The position numbers were made by a program, and so were the translations under genes. The notes under the pieces are model-generated. The model did no database searches and was not told the DNA's origin. It saw only the letters and a program-made list of their open reading frames with translations. From Squalus acanthias (Eukaryota), in NCBI GenBank assembly GCA_030390025.1, contig CM059432.1:116562001-116626000 (forward strand): 64,000 nucleotides of DNA, in the 5' to 3' direction. Numbering within the stretch: the stretch's first letter is position 1; each line of letters opens with the position of its first letter. This document shows, piece after piece, positions 38,793 to 52,371 of the stretch.

Positions 38793-39407
38793 GTACAAAA
38801 TTGTGTCTGTTGGCAATTAGCCTTTTTTTTCAATGCAGTTAATGTTTTTCTGCCATAAAATATATTGTAGCATTGCCCTTCAAATATTAAACTAAGTTTG
38901 AAGTACAGTGTTTGTCAGTATTCATGTGACCGTGCATTTTGGCCTCAAATATTTGTGCCATTACATGTTTATAAACCAAAATCTAACAAGTTTTCTTTGT
39001 GAAATTGGAGATGACCTGATGGATTTGCATAATTCACCAATATTTTACTCCATTCTAGCAATTTTAAGCTTGATTTTTCAGTGTTTTCTGTTGAAGTTTG
39101 TTTTTCTTTTGCTAATTTTTTTCTGGTAAATTGTATCAGTTTGATTTATTTCATTCATAGAATTCTATGTCCTTGCAGCATTCCCATCGTCACCTCTTTA
39201 CCCCCCTTCCTCCACCACCATTTTTTAATGGTTGAGACCAGTTACCTCCATACAGAACCGGGAATGAACCTGAGGGAGGGGTGGGGGGAGAAAGATTTCC
39301 TCTGTCATTTGTACAAATATCATAAATGCTTTCTTTGTACTCCAGCTCTCAATCAGGAGCATTTACTCATGAACCATGAGGTGCGTTTGTAATGGCTGCT
39401 TTTGCTT

Positions 39408-40765
39408 AATTATAGACCAGTTAGCCTAACATCTGTTGTGGGCAAATTTCTAGAGTCTATAATTAAGGATAGGGTGACTGAACACCTCAAATTTTCAGTT
39501 GATCAGAGGGAAGCAGCATGGATTTGTGAAAGGTAGGTCATGCCTGACGAACCTGATTGAATTTTTTGAAGAGGTGACTAAAGTAGTAGACAGGGGAATG
39601 TCTATGGATGTTATTTATATCCCAGAAGGCATTTGATAAGTCCCACATAAGAGACTGTTATCTAAGGTAGAAGCCCATGGCGTTGAGGGCAAATTATTGA
39701 CCTGGTTAGTAAATTGGCTGAGCGGCAGGAGACAGAGTAGGGATAATGGGTAGGTACTCAAATTGGCAGGATGTGACTAGTGGTGTCCCGCAGGGATCTG
39801 TTGTGGCCTCAACTATTCACAATATTTATTAACGACTTGGATGATGGCATAAAAAGCAATATATCAAAATTTGCCGATTCCACAAAGATAGGTGGCATTG
39901 TAGATGAAAGCATAAAATTACAAAGGGATATTGATAGAGTAAGTGAATGGGCAAAACTGTGGCAAATGGATTCCAATGTAAGCAAATGTGAGGTCATCCA
40001 CTTTGGAACTAAAAAGGATAGAACAGGGTACTTTCTAAATGGTAAAAAGCTAAAAACAGTGGATGTCCAAAGAGACTTGGGGGTTCAGGTACATAGATCA
40101 TTAAAATGTCATGAACAGGTACAGAAAATAATCAAAAAGGCTAATGGAATGCTGGCCTTTATATCTAGAGTACAAGGGGGTAGAAGTTATGCTGCAGCTG
40201 TAGAAAACCCTGGTTAGACCACACCTGGAGTACTGTGAGCAGTTCTGGGCACCACACCTTAGGAAGGATATATTGACCTTGGAGGGAGAGCAGCATAGGT
40301 TTGCCAGAATGATACCCAGACTTCAAAGGTTAAGTTACGAGGAGAGATTACACAATTTAGGATTGTATTCCCTAGAATTTAGAAGGTTAAGGGGTGATCT
40401 GATCGAAGTTTTCAGGATATTAAGGGGAGCAGATAGGGTAGATCGAGAGAAGCTATTTCCGCTAGTTGGGGATTCTAGGACTAGGTGGTATAAAAAAAAA
40501 TTAGTCAGATCTTTCAGGAGTGAAATTAGGAAACACTTCTACACACAAAGGATGATAGAAGTTTGGAACTCTCTACTGCAAACGGCAATTGAGGCTAGAT
40601 CAATTGTTAATTTTAAATCGGAGATTGATAGCTTTTTGTTAACCAAGGGTATTAAGGAATATGGGCCAAAGGCAGGTACACTGAGTTAGGTCGCAGATCA
40701 GCCATGATTTTATTGAATGGCAGAACAGGCTCGAGGGGCTGAATGGCCTACTCCTGTTCCTATGT
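39408..40765 (+). mobile_element. 5'-truncated CR1 LINE in CYB5A intron 4
   Basis: RT peptides IFINDLDDG...KFADS and YEERL..LGLYSLEFRRLRGDLIE; ends about 95 nt before the last exon. Confidence 0.9.
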
Positions 40766-40859
40766 AAAGTGGAGATATCCTAACTAAGTGTTTATAAATT
40801 AAGAAAAGTGACTTTTCCATTATGCTGTTTCTAATTCTGTGGCTGTTCTTTTCTTGCAG

Positions 40860-40941
40860 TTGGTGGTACGGTTGGATAATCCCAGCAATAGCAGGCATGG
40901 CTGTGGCCCTCCTATATCGACTTTATGCAATAGATCACTGA
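40860..40941 (+). CDS. CYB5A: Cytochrome b5 type A, terminal coding exon (WWYGWIIPAIAGMAVALLYRLYAIDH*), membrane anchor
   Basis: Acceptor ttcttttcttgcag; WW..W.IPAI....VAL.YRLY matches the CYB5A tail rather than CYB5B; TGA at 40939-40941; total CDS 402 nt = 133 aa. Confidence 0.93.
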
Positions 40942-41639
40942 ACACTACATGTCGAAGAGATAACGGCACTATTTCATATTGATTGCATCCTATTAGAAAT
41001 TAGAAAAAAAAAAATGAAAATTGTGTTACTTTCATTGAAGGGACTTTGTGGTAGAAATTGTTAGGTTTTGCAACCATTTTTCTGACGTAAAATGGATGCA
41101 AAGCGTACCAAGTTAGCAGTAGAACAGCCTGCGCCCAATCTGCTGATAGACTAATTTCTACCCATTTATCATCGGCAAAGCAAATCCTTTGCATCTGTTT
41201 TAGACCTTGTACCTCAGCACTTGTGAATATTTGTCCACTTTTGATACTCCTGTGATTTTAATATTTGGATGGTTAAAAATCAACATTGTAGCTTATTCTG
41301 TTGCTTCCCAGGAAAGACTATAGTTTAAAACTGTGTCTGTGAGCCATTAAGATACAGTTTGAAATTTGAGTAACCTTGGACCTTCTTTCCACACTGAATA
41401 GCTAATATTGTTAAACCTATTCAAACAAGAATTTTTTTTGAGGCCACGTTATAAGCAAGACTGTGTCCTTGTAATAGTACTCGGTGTTGACTGGCAGATA
41501 GTATTCTTGTTTCATATGTATGAGCGATGTATCTTTGAGGGAATGCAAAAATGAAAAATGCCTGGATTTTCTGTCTACATTCACATTGTAGGGGTGGTTG
41601 CCTATACGATAATGACGAATGAGCAGTTCACTTGAAGAA

Positions 41640-41870
41640 TTACATCGAATATACAGCATATAAACTGGTCCAACTGGGCTATGCTGGTGTTTATACTCCA
41701 CACGAGCCTTCTCCCCTTCTAATTACCTCTTGCCACACTGCCCCCATAATCCCTCCATTCTCTTCTCCCTCGTGTAAGCATCAAGCCTCTCCTTAAATGT
41801 GTCAAAGCTCTCTGCTTCAACCACTCCCTGTGGCAGCGAGTTCCACATTCTCACCACTCTGCGTAAAGAG
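41640..41870 (-). mobile_element. CR1-related 3' end in the putative CYB5A 3' UTR
   Basis: gagttccacattctcaccactct and tgtttatactccacacgagc; the latter is shared with the insertion at 62620-62699. Confidence 0.6.
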
Positions 41871-42693
41871 AATGAAGCCCTAGTACGTTAGAGATGCAGG
41901 GCTAGAAATTTCCCACGAATTGCATTTATCTCTTGGGCAAGGTTGTGCACCCACAATGACTTTGCCTGTGGGACCAATGTAACTCCAAGGATTGTCTAGC
42001 CTCAGAGACTATTGCAGTTCAATCATACCTTTCTCTGTAGTAACTTTTATGCTTATTCTTTCCTTTAGTCGTACTTGTTTTGTGTTCAAAGCATTAATTT
42101 GGGTGGAGGTATTTATATGGGTCTCATAAATTGTATTGCACTACCTGAGACTGGTGAGCGTCAGCAAAACAAAAAAATCTATTTTTTTTGGTGCCCAAAA
42201 TGCTAAATGTGAAGCAGTAGGTTTCTCTGTCATAAGTAAACTTTTTTATTTTTGTTTTGTAATGTGTGGGCTGGTTGGGTTCAGATTCTGATTGGACTAC
42301 ATGCTACATGAGTATGGCATGAGCAATAGCATCTGGTCTAGCACGTTGTCTTTCCACAGTTAGAAAATGTTCTGTTTCAAAATGCCAGGAGTGCTTCTGA
42401 GGGGAGGGGGAAAGGGAACAAGAATGTCTAGTAGTAGATTTTACATGATGACTGTACTTAACTGAGAGACGAGTCACCAAAGTGGCTCAGCTGCAAGGAT
42501 TATTTCCCGTCCGATTATCGTAACTAGGTTGCTCTCAACAGAAAGTTTCTTGAAGTGCTACGGTTCTGACATGTCAGGAGTGCCTTTGTATTGTTTGACT
42601 GCAATTTTCGAGAAGATCCCCGATATGCAAAGATTCTGAATTAACTGATATAATCTTTTGTATTATCACACCTGTTGAAAAATGTATTTTTCA

Positions 42694-42746
42694 ATTAAAA
42701 CAGCAATGGAATAATGTACCTGATTAATCAGATGTATACAAATAAA
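42694..42746 (+). terminator. Candidate CYB5A polyadenylation signals (ATTAAA 42694, AATAAA 42741)
   Basis: Canonical hexamers in AT-rich sequence about 1.8 kb after the stop codon, with T-rich sequence downstream. Not verified by transcripts. Confidence 0.45.
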
Positions 42747-43419
42747 TACTATATATAGGTAAATAGTACTTTCAAAGCATCTTTTCTCACTTTTATTGAT
42801 CAAAGTTAGATTTGAATTTTGTGCATGAAACAGTTCAGACTGTGCTTTGTTTCCCAAATCTCCTCTCCCCAAGCCGCTGATGCCTTGCGGGATTACAGTT
42901 TCATGGGCAGCCTCCAGCCCCTTCTTTAAGTAGCCACTATCCATGTGCAAGAGTTGATGGTGAATGTCAGCAAGCTATTTGACCATGAAGCAGGGAGAAG
43001 CATCATAGCTGAGCCCTGTTCTCGCCCAACCTCAGCAGACTGGGGTTTTTATTTCGGGACCTTCCTGCTATATATGGCTCAGCTAATCATTGAGCTCCAG
43101 TGGGGGAATTTCCACTCTGGGCTTTGAAACAGAAACTATATTTTGGTAATGTAACAGGGCACATCTACATTTTTTTTGTGTGAAAGCGGAATGGGGAGAG
43201 GAATTAATTTTTTTTGATTCTCCCAGCGAGGAATGTGGTGGCATCAGCAATTTCACTTCAGATAGCACGAGTTAGATGCAGGCTGACACTTCCAGTTCCT
43301 ATACCAATTCAACTATATGACGTCGGGACATGACAATTACCGTTAAATTAAGAGCATTTCTGTGTTAAGCCCAGAAGAAATGGGCTGAGACTGTCTTGGC
43401 CAGTTATGTTTTCCTGGGC

Positions 43420-44346
43420 TGTCCTGCCCGCTGTGCGGTTGCGAATTGCTATCCCCTTCCTAGTTCTGAGCTCAGGACTTATCGAGCGGCGATAAGGACA
43501 AACGAACAGACCCGTGGCTTGGTGCAAGGAAAACCAATGTTTATTTACAGAAGTAAAACCACAGAGAAACAGTATTATATGAAGAAAATGAAATCACTAT
43601 GCAGTACGGTTTTACACTTAACATGGGAGGAGAAACGGACACATCGAGGGAAAATCCTAAAATGTCAATTTTAGCAATATCCCCATTAATTCCCACCCTT
43701 ACGCCTAACTAAAATTGTCTTGCGACAGCCAGAAAAAGATAATGCTCACCGGTGAAATGGATGGGAAAACCTGGCCCTGTACCCTGTCTCTGCCGTCGAA
43801 ATGTGGCTACGAAGTTTCTGGACGGTCTTCTTTCTTGGCTGCTAGCAGACAGACAGGGTGAACCGGGCCCCAGGCTGAGAGAGAGAGAGAGAGCGAGTGG
43901 CTGGGTCTTCCCAGTTATACCCTCCCGGTCATCCTAATCTCCCGCCAGATCTGCTCATTTCTATTGTCTGATCTGGCCATAATGAATTTTAACAAAATGT
44001 TCCGCTCTTGGTCCATCATGTTAGATGGCCGGTAATTGTATCATACCAGTTCTCCAACTGCTCCCTTTGTCCGACAGGTTCGATGATGGGCCAGCCCAGT
44101 CTCAATGTCCCCGCTGATTATTTGAGCAAACACCTTGAAAACCTTATGCGTAGACCTGATTGTAATTGGGTTTGTCCCCAATGCATCGGAATACACAAGC
44201 TGATAGTTTGCCAGCGTCTGAAATGAAAATTGCCAGGCTCTTGGTGACGAGGTCTGACCGCAGCCATGCCCTGGATTTTAAAACTCAGTCTGACCAGGGT
44301 TCCTTTTAATAAGTCCAATAAAATCTTCGGGGGGTGGGGGGACACA
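43420..44346 (-). mobile_element. Possible solo LTR
   Basis: Minus-strand TATAA (about 43917) and AATAAA (about 43540) in LTR-like order; tgtcc/ggaca ends; no TSD found. Confidence 0.3.
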
Positions 44347-44365
44347 TGAAATTTTGCAAATCCTT

Positions 44366-44880
44366 TCACAGGGCTCACAGACAGAGGTTCATCTTCCTTG
44401 ACCTCTCTGAAGAGCAGTGCTTTCACAGGCTGAGGTTGTCAAATCAGGTGGTGGCAGACATCTGCAGGCTCCTAGAAGAAGACCTGCTCCCTGCTGGACC
44501 TGGTGGGCATGCATTATCAGTATCTGTGAAGGTCACCACCTCCCATATTTTTTTGCCTCTGGTTCCTTCCAGGGTGCTACCAGAGACCTCGAGTGTCAAA
44601 ATCCACGGTGCATAAATAAGGTGACGGATGGATTGTTTGCCAGGGATGGGAGTTATGTAAATTTCCCCTGTGATGACAATAGCCAGAATGAGCGGGCATT
44701 TCAGACTCGCCTCTCAGGCTGGATTCCCATAGGTACAGGGTACCATCGACTGTGCACACGTGGGAATCCGAGCACCACCATAGCAACCAGAAGATTTTTT
44801 TTTAATCGTGAGGGATATTCATCCATCCATGTGCAGGTGGTGTGCAACCACAGGAAGAGGATAAGCTATGTCATCCTGTT
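44366..44880 (+). pseudogene. Harbinger (HARBI1-like) transposase remnant, N-terminal part
   Basis: Frameshifted peptides LSEEQCFHRLRL, FFASGSFQ, IDCAHV.IRAP, FNREGYSSIHVQVVC characteristic of PIF/Harbinger DDE transposases. Confidence 0.85.
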
Positions 44881-44904
44881 TAAGGCGGCATCCCATTCCC
44901 CTGC

Positions 44905-45148
44905 TATGCTAGTTTAAACCCTTCCCAACAGCACTAAACCCACCCCCAGCGAGGATATTGGTTCCGGCCCTGTTGGGGTGCAACCCGTCTGGCTTATACA
45001 AGTCCCATTTGCCCAGAACCAGTCCCAATGCCTCAGGAATCTAAAGCCCTCCCTCCTGCACCATCTCTCCAGCCACGCATTCATCTGCTCTATCCTATTT
45101 GTGTACTCACTAGCTCGTGGCACTGGGAGTAATCTGGAGATTGCTACC
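44905..45148 (-). mobile_element. CR1 ORF1 esterase fragment
   Basis: NAWLERWCRREGFRFLRHW; uninterrupted homolog of the site split at 30567/35015. Confidence 0.8.
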
Positions 45149-45604
45149 GGATTGGCAGGGGTTTCCAGACCTTGGGAAACCCGGCAGGTGAAAGGAGGCG
45201 AGAAGGGCTGAATCCATGAGGTAAGTGCCTTTACGGCACTGCTTGTGGACCAGGAGGGTTTCCTCCCAGCCCAACAAGCTACCCAGTTAAATGACCACCC
45301 TGCCGCCCACAATCTGGTACCCTCCGCCCCCCAGACTAGACCTAGCTGCTCTCCTCAACTGGGGCCTTGTGCTGCAGGCTTCCCTCCCGACAGGCCTCTA
45401 ACCTGTCAATCAGGCTGCTTGTGGGCAGGAAACGGACAGAAAAAAATTTAAAGAATCCCTGCAGTTAAAAACTGCAGGACGTTTGGGAACCCGTTCTACC
45501 AGGTTTCCTGACATCAAATTGGCCGCCCCGCATGGAACGCGCCCCTGGGCTAAAAACCGGGCCTCTGTCTTGAGTAGGGACAGACTGACACTTACAAAGT
45601 TGTA

Positions 45605-48583
45605 ACAACAACAGAAAACGCTGGAAAAACTCAGCAGGCCAGGCAACATCCGTGGAGAGAGAAACAGAGTTAACGTTTCAGGTCAAAACCCTTCGTCAGA
45701 ACTGAGAAAAAAGCAGGAAATGAAACAGATAAAGAAGCAAGGGGAGGCCGGGGGGAGGAATAAAAGAACAAAAGGGGTGGTCTATGGTAAGTAGAGACAT
45801 TAAGAGATGCTCAAGGCAAGACAGGATGGCAATAGGACAGGTTAAGAAACAAAAGGTGGCTAGAAGTGTGAAATGCTGGCAGAATGAGAGACAGCTGCCG
45901 TAGGGGGAGAGAGAGAAAAAAAGGGGAAAAGGCACAAACCAAAAGGGTGGATAAAATGTATATATATATATATATATATGTATATGGTAGGGGCTGAGGT
46001 TATGATCTGAAATTGTTGAACTCGATATTGAGTCCAGAAGGCTGTAAAGTGCCTAATCGGAAGATGAGGTGCTGTTCCTCGAGCTTACGCTGAGCTTACG
46101 TGGAACAATGCACGAGGCCGAGGACGGTGAGGTCTGAGTGGGAGTGAAGCGGTGAATTAAAATGACAAGCGACCGGAAGCTCGGGGTCACCCTTACGGAC
46201 TGAACAGAGGTGTTCCGCAAAGCGGTCACCCAATCTGTGTTTGGTCTCCCCAATGTAGAGGAGACCACATCGTGAGCAGCGAATACAGTATACTAGATTG
46301 CAAGAAGTACAAGTAAATCGCTGTTTCACCTGGAAGGGGTGTTTGGGGCCCTGGAGAGTGGGAAGGGGGGAGGTATAAGGGCATGTGTTGCATCTCCTGC
46401 GCTTGCACGGGAAGGTGCCGGGCGAGGGGGAAGGGGTGCTGGGGGTGATAGAGAAGTGGACTAGGGTGTCTCGGAGGGAGCAGTCCCTACGGAATGCTGA
46501 AAGGGGAGGTGAGGGGAAGATACGTTTGGTGGTGGTATCACGTTGGAGGTTTTGGAAATGGCGGAGGATGATCCGTTGAATGTGGAGGCTGGTGGGGTGA
46601 AAGGTGAGGACAAGGGGAACTCTATCGTGGTTCCGGGAGGGAGGGGCCGAGGTGAGGGCAGAAGTGCGGGAGATAGAACGGACACGGTCGAGGGCCGTGT
46701 CGACCATGGTAGAGGAGAATCCTCGATTGAGGAAAAAGGAAGACATGTCGGAAGCACTGGTATGGAAGGTGGCATTGTCCGAGCAGATGCGGCGGAGACG
46801 GAGAAACTGGGAGAATGGAATAGAGTCCTTACAGGAGGCGGGGTGGGAGGAAGTGTAGTCCAGGTAGCTGTGGGAGTCAGTGGGCTTGTAGTGAATGTTG
46901 GTCAATAACCTATCCCCAGAGATGGAGACGGAGAAGTTGAGGAAGGGAAGGGAAGAATCGGAGATGGACCATGTGAAGGTGAGGGAAGGGTGGAAATTGG
47001 AGGCATAGTGAATGAAATTGTCTAGTTCAGGGCGAGAGCAGGAAACGGCACCGATACAGTCGTCAATGTACCGGAAAAAGAGGTGAGGGAGGGGACCCGA
47101 GTAGGACTGGAACAAAGAGTGTTCCACATATCCCACGAAAAGGCAGGCATAGCTAGGACCCATGCGGGTACCCATAGCAACACCTTTGATTTGGAAGAAA
47201 TGAGTGGAGTCAAAGGAGAAGTTGTTCAATGTGAGAACAAGTTCAGCCAGGCGGAGGAGGGTGGCGGTGGATGGGGACTGGTTGGGCCTCTGTTCAAGGA
47301 AGAAGTGGAGCGCCTTCAGGCCATCCTGGTGGGGGATGGAGGTGTAGAGGGATTGTACGTCCATGGTGAAAAGGAGGCGGTTGGGGCCAGGAAACTGGAA
47401 ACTGTTAAAGTGGCGGAGGGCGTCAGAGGAATCGTGGATGTAGGTGGGAAGAGACTGGACAAGGGGAGAAAAAATAGAGTCGAGATAGGAAGAGATAAGT
47501 TCCGTGGGGCAAGAGCAGGCTGAAACGATGGGTCTGTTTGTGGATCTTGGGAAGGAGGTAGAAGCGGGCTGTGCGGGGTTGGGGAACTATGAGGTTGGCG
47601 GCCATGGGGGTAAGATCTCCAGAGGAGATGAGGTCAGTGACAGTCTTGGAAACGGTGGCTTGATGTTCGGTAGTGGGGTCATGGTCCAGGTGGAGGTAGG
47701 AGGAGGTGTCGGAGAGTTGGCGTTCAACTTCCGCTAGGTAGAGGTCGGTTCGCCAAACAACAACAGCACCACCCTTGTCAGCAGGTTTAATGACAATGTC
47801 GGGGTTGGATCGGAGAGAATGGAGTGCTGCAAGTTCAGAGGGAGGTAGGTTGGAGTGAGTGAGGGGAGCAGAGAAATTGAGATGGCCGATGTCGCGGCGG
47901 CAGTTAGCGATGAAAAGATCTAGAGAGGGTAAGAGGCCAGAGGGAGGGGTCCAGGTGGAACGAGAATTCTGAAAGCGGGAGAAAGGGTCAGCCGTGCGGT
48001 GGGAAGACACCTGGCCAAAGAAGTGGGCACGGAGACGAAGGCGGCGGAAAAAGAGCTCAGCATCGTGCCGAGCTCGAAATTCATTGAGATGGGGGCGTAA
48101 GGGGATGAAGCTCAGGCCTTTGCTGAGGACTGATCGTTCGGGGTCAGAGAGGGGAAGGTCAGAGGGGATAGTGAAAACGCAGCAGGGGGTGAGATTGGGA
48201 AAAGGGATGGGGTCAGAGGAAAGTGAAGGGGAAGAAGGTTCCGGAGGGGCGTTAGTGTCCAAGAGTTGTTGAAGCTTGCGATCCTTGACATCGGAAAAGA
48301 AGAAGAAAAGTTTTTTGTTGAAGCGTCGGATGAGTCTAAGGATGAAATGGAACTGTGGACCCGGACAGCTTTGAGATAGAGTGCGTCGGTGCTGCTGAAG
48401 AGAGAGGTCGAGAGTGTTCATGTGGCGCCGCATGGCGTTGAGCGTGGATCTCAAGATGCAGCGAGAGCAGTAGTTCGAGGAACGATGAATATCTTGGAGA
48501 TATTTGTAATCCTGGGTGGATCCAAAACACGAAGGGTGGAAGTTTAGTTGGAATCCACGTGGAATAAGTCGGAACCGGAGACA
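45605..48583 (-). mobile_element. Penelope-like retroelement (RT + GIY-YIG), 5'-truncated, probably Neptune-type
   Basis: ORFs 47423-48583 and 46096-47364: KPADKG, GVAMG, RYIDD, Cys linker CKRRRCNTC, VYCI...YIGET...RF.EH; 15-bp TSD acttac/taaagttgta (45590-45604, 48584-48598, 1 mismatch). Confidence 0.93.
45668..45703 (-). ncRNA. Minimal type I hammerhead ribozyme motif in the Penelope-like 3' region
   Basis: Minus strand agtt-CTGACGA-a-gggt tttg acct-GAAA-cgtt-aact: catalytic boxes, stems I and II, palindromic ACGT stem III. Confidence 0.7.
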
Positions 48584-49399
48584 ACTTATAAAGTTGTACT
48601 TGGCCAAGTACTGACCAACATGGGGAATATTATAGCAGGAGTTAAAGTGAAGGATTAGCTAAGGAATAGTGATTATAGGGTTCAGGATAAGGAAAGGAAA
48701 GTAAAACAGCGTTAGGGTATTACAGTTAAAGAAGGCAGATTTCAGGAGGATATGCACAGAGGTATGAATAGATGGAGTGGTAGCTAAATGGAACAGCCTT
48801 AAAAAGATAATTGTTGTTCTGTTCAGCATACTGCGGGAAACATTGGCATTTTGTCTTTATTCCGCATTATGTATTCAATGGCCTTTAGTTGTAAACAGAT
48901 ATTATCCCAAGCTGAGGAATTCTGTATTTCTATGCATATTGCCCCTTAGCAAGCCAATTTTCTCTTTCCTCATTTCCTTTAACATTTGAAAGCATGAAAC
49001 AGGAGACCGGTCCAATAGCATTAACTCCAGCTCCAAGGATTTCCTCACCAGTTTACTCGTACCTGAAGAGGAAACAGATTCACCTAAGGAACAGGCAGCA
49101 GCACTACCACATAACATATTAACCATATGTACTTCAGTGGAGTTCTTGGGCAGTTTACAAGCAGGGTAAACCACAGGTGAGAACCATAAATTTTAAGCAA
49201 GTTTACTGTTGGTTAGCCATAAGAGGACCAAATTTTCAGTTAGATATTGCAATGCCTATAAATCTGGGAGAGCTGCTAATCCTAAGTATGTTACAACTTA
49301 CTCAGTTCAGAACTCCTCTCTTTCTTTTGCTTGCGTTAATGACCAGGCAGTTTCTATAACCAGACTGAACCTCAGAGCAAAACCTCTACTCTTACCTGG

Positions 49400-52370
49400 A
49401 ACATAGGAACAGGAGTAGGCTATTCAGCCCCTCGAGCCTGTTCCGCCATTCAATGAGATCATGACTGATCTGCGATCTAACTCTATATACCCGCCTTTGG
49501 CCCATATCCCTGAATACCTTTGGTTAACAAAAAGCTATGAATCTCAGATTTAAAATGAACAATTGATCTAGCATCAATTGCCATTTGTGGAAGAGAGTTC
49601 CAAACTTATACCATCCTTTGTGTGTAGAAGTATTTCCTAATTTTACTCCTGAAAGGTCTGGCTCTAATTTTTAGACTATGTCTTAGAATTCCCAACCAGC
49701 GGAAATAGTTTCTCTCTGTCTGCCCTATCTGTTCCCCTTAATATCCTGAAAACTTCGATCAGATCACCCCTTAACCTTCTAAATTCTAGGGAATACAACC
49801 CTAATCTCTCCTCGTAACTTATCTCTTGAAGTCTGGGTATCATTCTGGTAAACCTACGCTGCTCTCCCTCCAAGGCTAATATATCCTTCCTAAGGTGTGG
49901 TGCCCAGAACTGCTCACAGTACTCCAGGTGTGGTCTAACCAGGGTTTTCTACAGCTGCAGTATAACTTCTACCCCCTTGTATTCTAGTCCTCTAGATATA
50001 AAGGCCAATATTCCATTAGCCTTTTTGATTATTTTCTGTACCTGTTCATGACATTTTAATGATCTATGTACCGGGACCTCAAGTCTCTTTGGACATCCAC
50101 TGTTTTTAGCTTTTCACCATTTAGAAAGTACCCTGTTCTATCCTTTTTAGTTCCAAAGTGGATGACCTCACATTTGCCTACATTGAAATCCATTTGCCAC
50201 AGTTCTGCCCATTCACTTAATCTATCAATATCCCTTTGTAATTTTATGCTTTCATCGACAATGCCTACAATGCCACCTATCTTTGTGTCATTGGCAAATT
50301 TGGATATGTGACTGTCTCTGCCATCATCCAAGTCGTTAATAAATAGTGAATAGTTGAGGACCCAACACAGATCCCTGTGGGACACCACTAGTCACATCCT
50401 GTCAATTTGAGTACACACCCATTATCCCTACTGCCTGTCTCCTGCCGCTCAGCCAATTTCCTAACCAGGTCAATAATTTGCCCTCAATTCCATGGGCTTC
50501 TATCTTAGTTCACAGTCTCTTATGTGGGACTTTATCAAATGCCTTCTGGAGTCCATATAAATAACACCCATAGACATTTCCCTGTCCACTACTTTAATCA
50601 CCTCTTCAAAAAATTCAATCAGGTTCATCAGGAATGACCTACCTTTCACAAATCCATGCTGGCTCTCTCTGATCAACTGAAAATTTGAGGTGTTCAGTCA
50701 CCCTATCCTTAATTATAGACTCTAGCAATTTCCTGACAACAGATGTTAGGCTAACTGGTCTATAATTCCCTGCTTTCCCTCTCTCGCCATTCTTAAATAG
50801 CGGAGTGACATGTGCAATTTTCCAATCTAAAGGAACGGTTCCTGAATCTAGAGAAATTTGGAAGATTATAGTTAGGGCACCTGCAATGTGCTCACCTACT
50901 TCCTTTAAAACCCTGAGATGGAAACCATCTGGTCCTGGGGATTTGTCACTCTTTCATGCCATTATTTTCTTCATTACTGTTATTTTACTTATGTTGATTT
51001 TATTGAGTCCCTGTCCCCGATTCAATATTAGTTTCCTTGGGATTTCCGGAATGCTATCCTCTTCTACTGTAAATACTGACGCAAAGTAATTATTCAACAT
51101 ATCTGCCATTTCCTTATTATCATTGACAATATCACCACTTTCAGTTTTTAAGGGGCCAACATTGCTCCTAACCACCCTCTTTTTCCTAATGTAATTGTAC
51201 AATTTCTTCCTATTGATTTTGATATCTCTTGTAAGTTTCTTTTCATTCTCCCTTTTTGTAGCTCTTACTATCTGTTTTGTGACCCTTTGCTGTTCTTTGT
51301 ATCTTTCCCATTCACCAGGATCTGTGCTATTCTTTGCATTTTTGTATGCTTTTTCTTTTAGTTTTATGCTGTCCTTTACCTCTTTAGGCATCCATGGCTG
51401 GGTTTTTTGGCGAGTAGAGCTCTTGCCCCTCGGGAATAAATTGGTTCTGTATCACATTAAATTCTTTTTTAAACATCTCCCACTGATCTCCTGTTGTTTT
51501 ACCCATTAACAGATTTGCCCAGTTTAATGTGGACAGTCTCTGTCTCATCCCGTTGAAGTCGGCCTTACCTAAATCTAGAATCTTAGTGGCTCTTTCGCGT
51601 TTCTCACTTTCAAACGTTAAGGTGAACTTGATAATGTTATGATCGCTATTGGATAAATGTTCACGCACAGTTAGGCTGTTAACTAAATCTGGCTCATTAC
51701 TCATTACTAAATCTAATATGGCTTGCCCTCTTATTGCCTCTAGGACATATTATTGTAGAAAACTATCCCAGACACACTCAAGAAATTCACTACCTTTCTG
51801 ACAGGTGCCAGTCTGCTTATCCCAATCTATATGAAAGTTAAAATCCCCCATTAAAACCACTCTGCCTTTACTACACGCTTGTCTAATCCTTGCATTTATA
51901 CAATCTAGCACTTCACAGCTGCTACCAGGGGCCTATACACAACTCCCACTACAGTCTTAGATCCTTTCCTATTTCTTAATTCTACCCATAAAGTCTCCAC
52001 TGCCTACTTACCTCTAATTATATCCTCTCATCATTGAAATGATTTCATCCTTAATCACTAAGGCTACTCCTCCCCCTCTACCATTTTCCCTTTCTTTCCT
52101 GTAAACCTTATAACCTTGTATATTTAGTTCCCAGTCCTGACCGTCTTGCAGTTATGTCTCAGTAATGGCTACAATGTCATACCTTCCAATTTGAATTCGC
52201 GCCTGCAGTTCATTCAATTTATTCCTTATACTCCGTGCGTTTGTATAAAGAACGCTATTTGGGCCACACACCCTAGCCTGTCATTCAGCTCTAGTGTTTT
52301 ACTCACATGTTTCTTATTTCTCTCACCTGGTTTAATCGCTTTACATCTTTTAGTTTTCCCTTTACCTGTA
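49400..52370 (-). mobile_element. CR1 LINE ORF2 (degenerate), same subfamily as 39408-40765
   Basis: APE/RT peptides (LSNSDHN, KSPGPDG, FINDLDDG...KFAND); tail acataggaacaggagtagg. Confidence 0.9.
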
Positions 52371-52371
52371 A

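Noticed and set aside
44366..44880. Domesticated HARBI1 gene
   Set aside because: Frameshifted and truncated; a decayed transposon copy.
39408..50770. Inverted CR1 pair flanking the last CYB5A exon as a dsRNA source
   Set aside because: The second copy lies about 6.6 kb beyond the candidate poly(A) signals, so co-transcription is unsupported.
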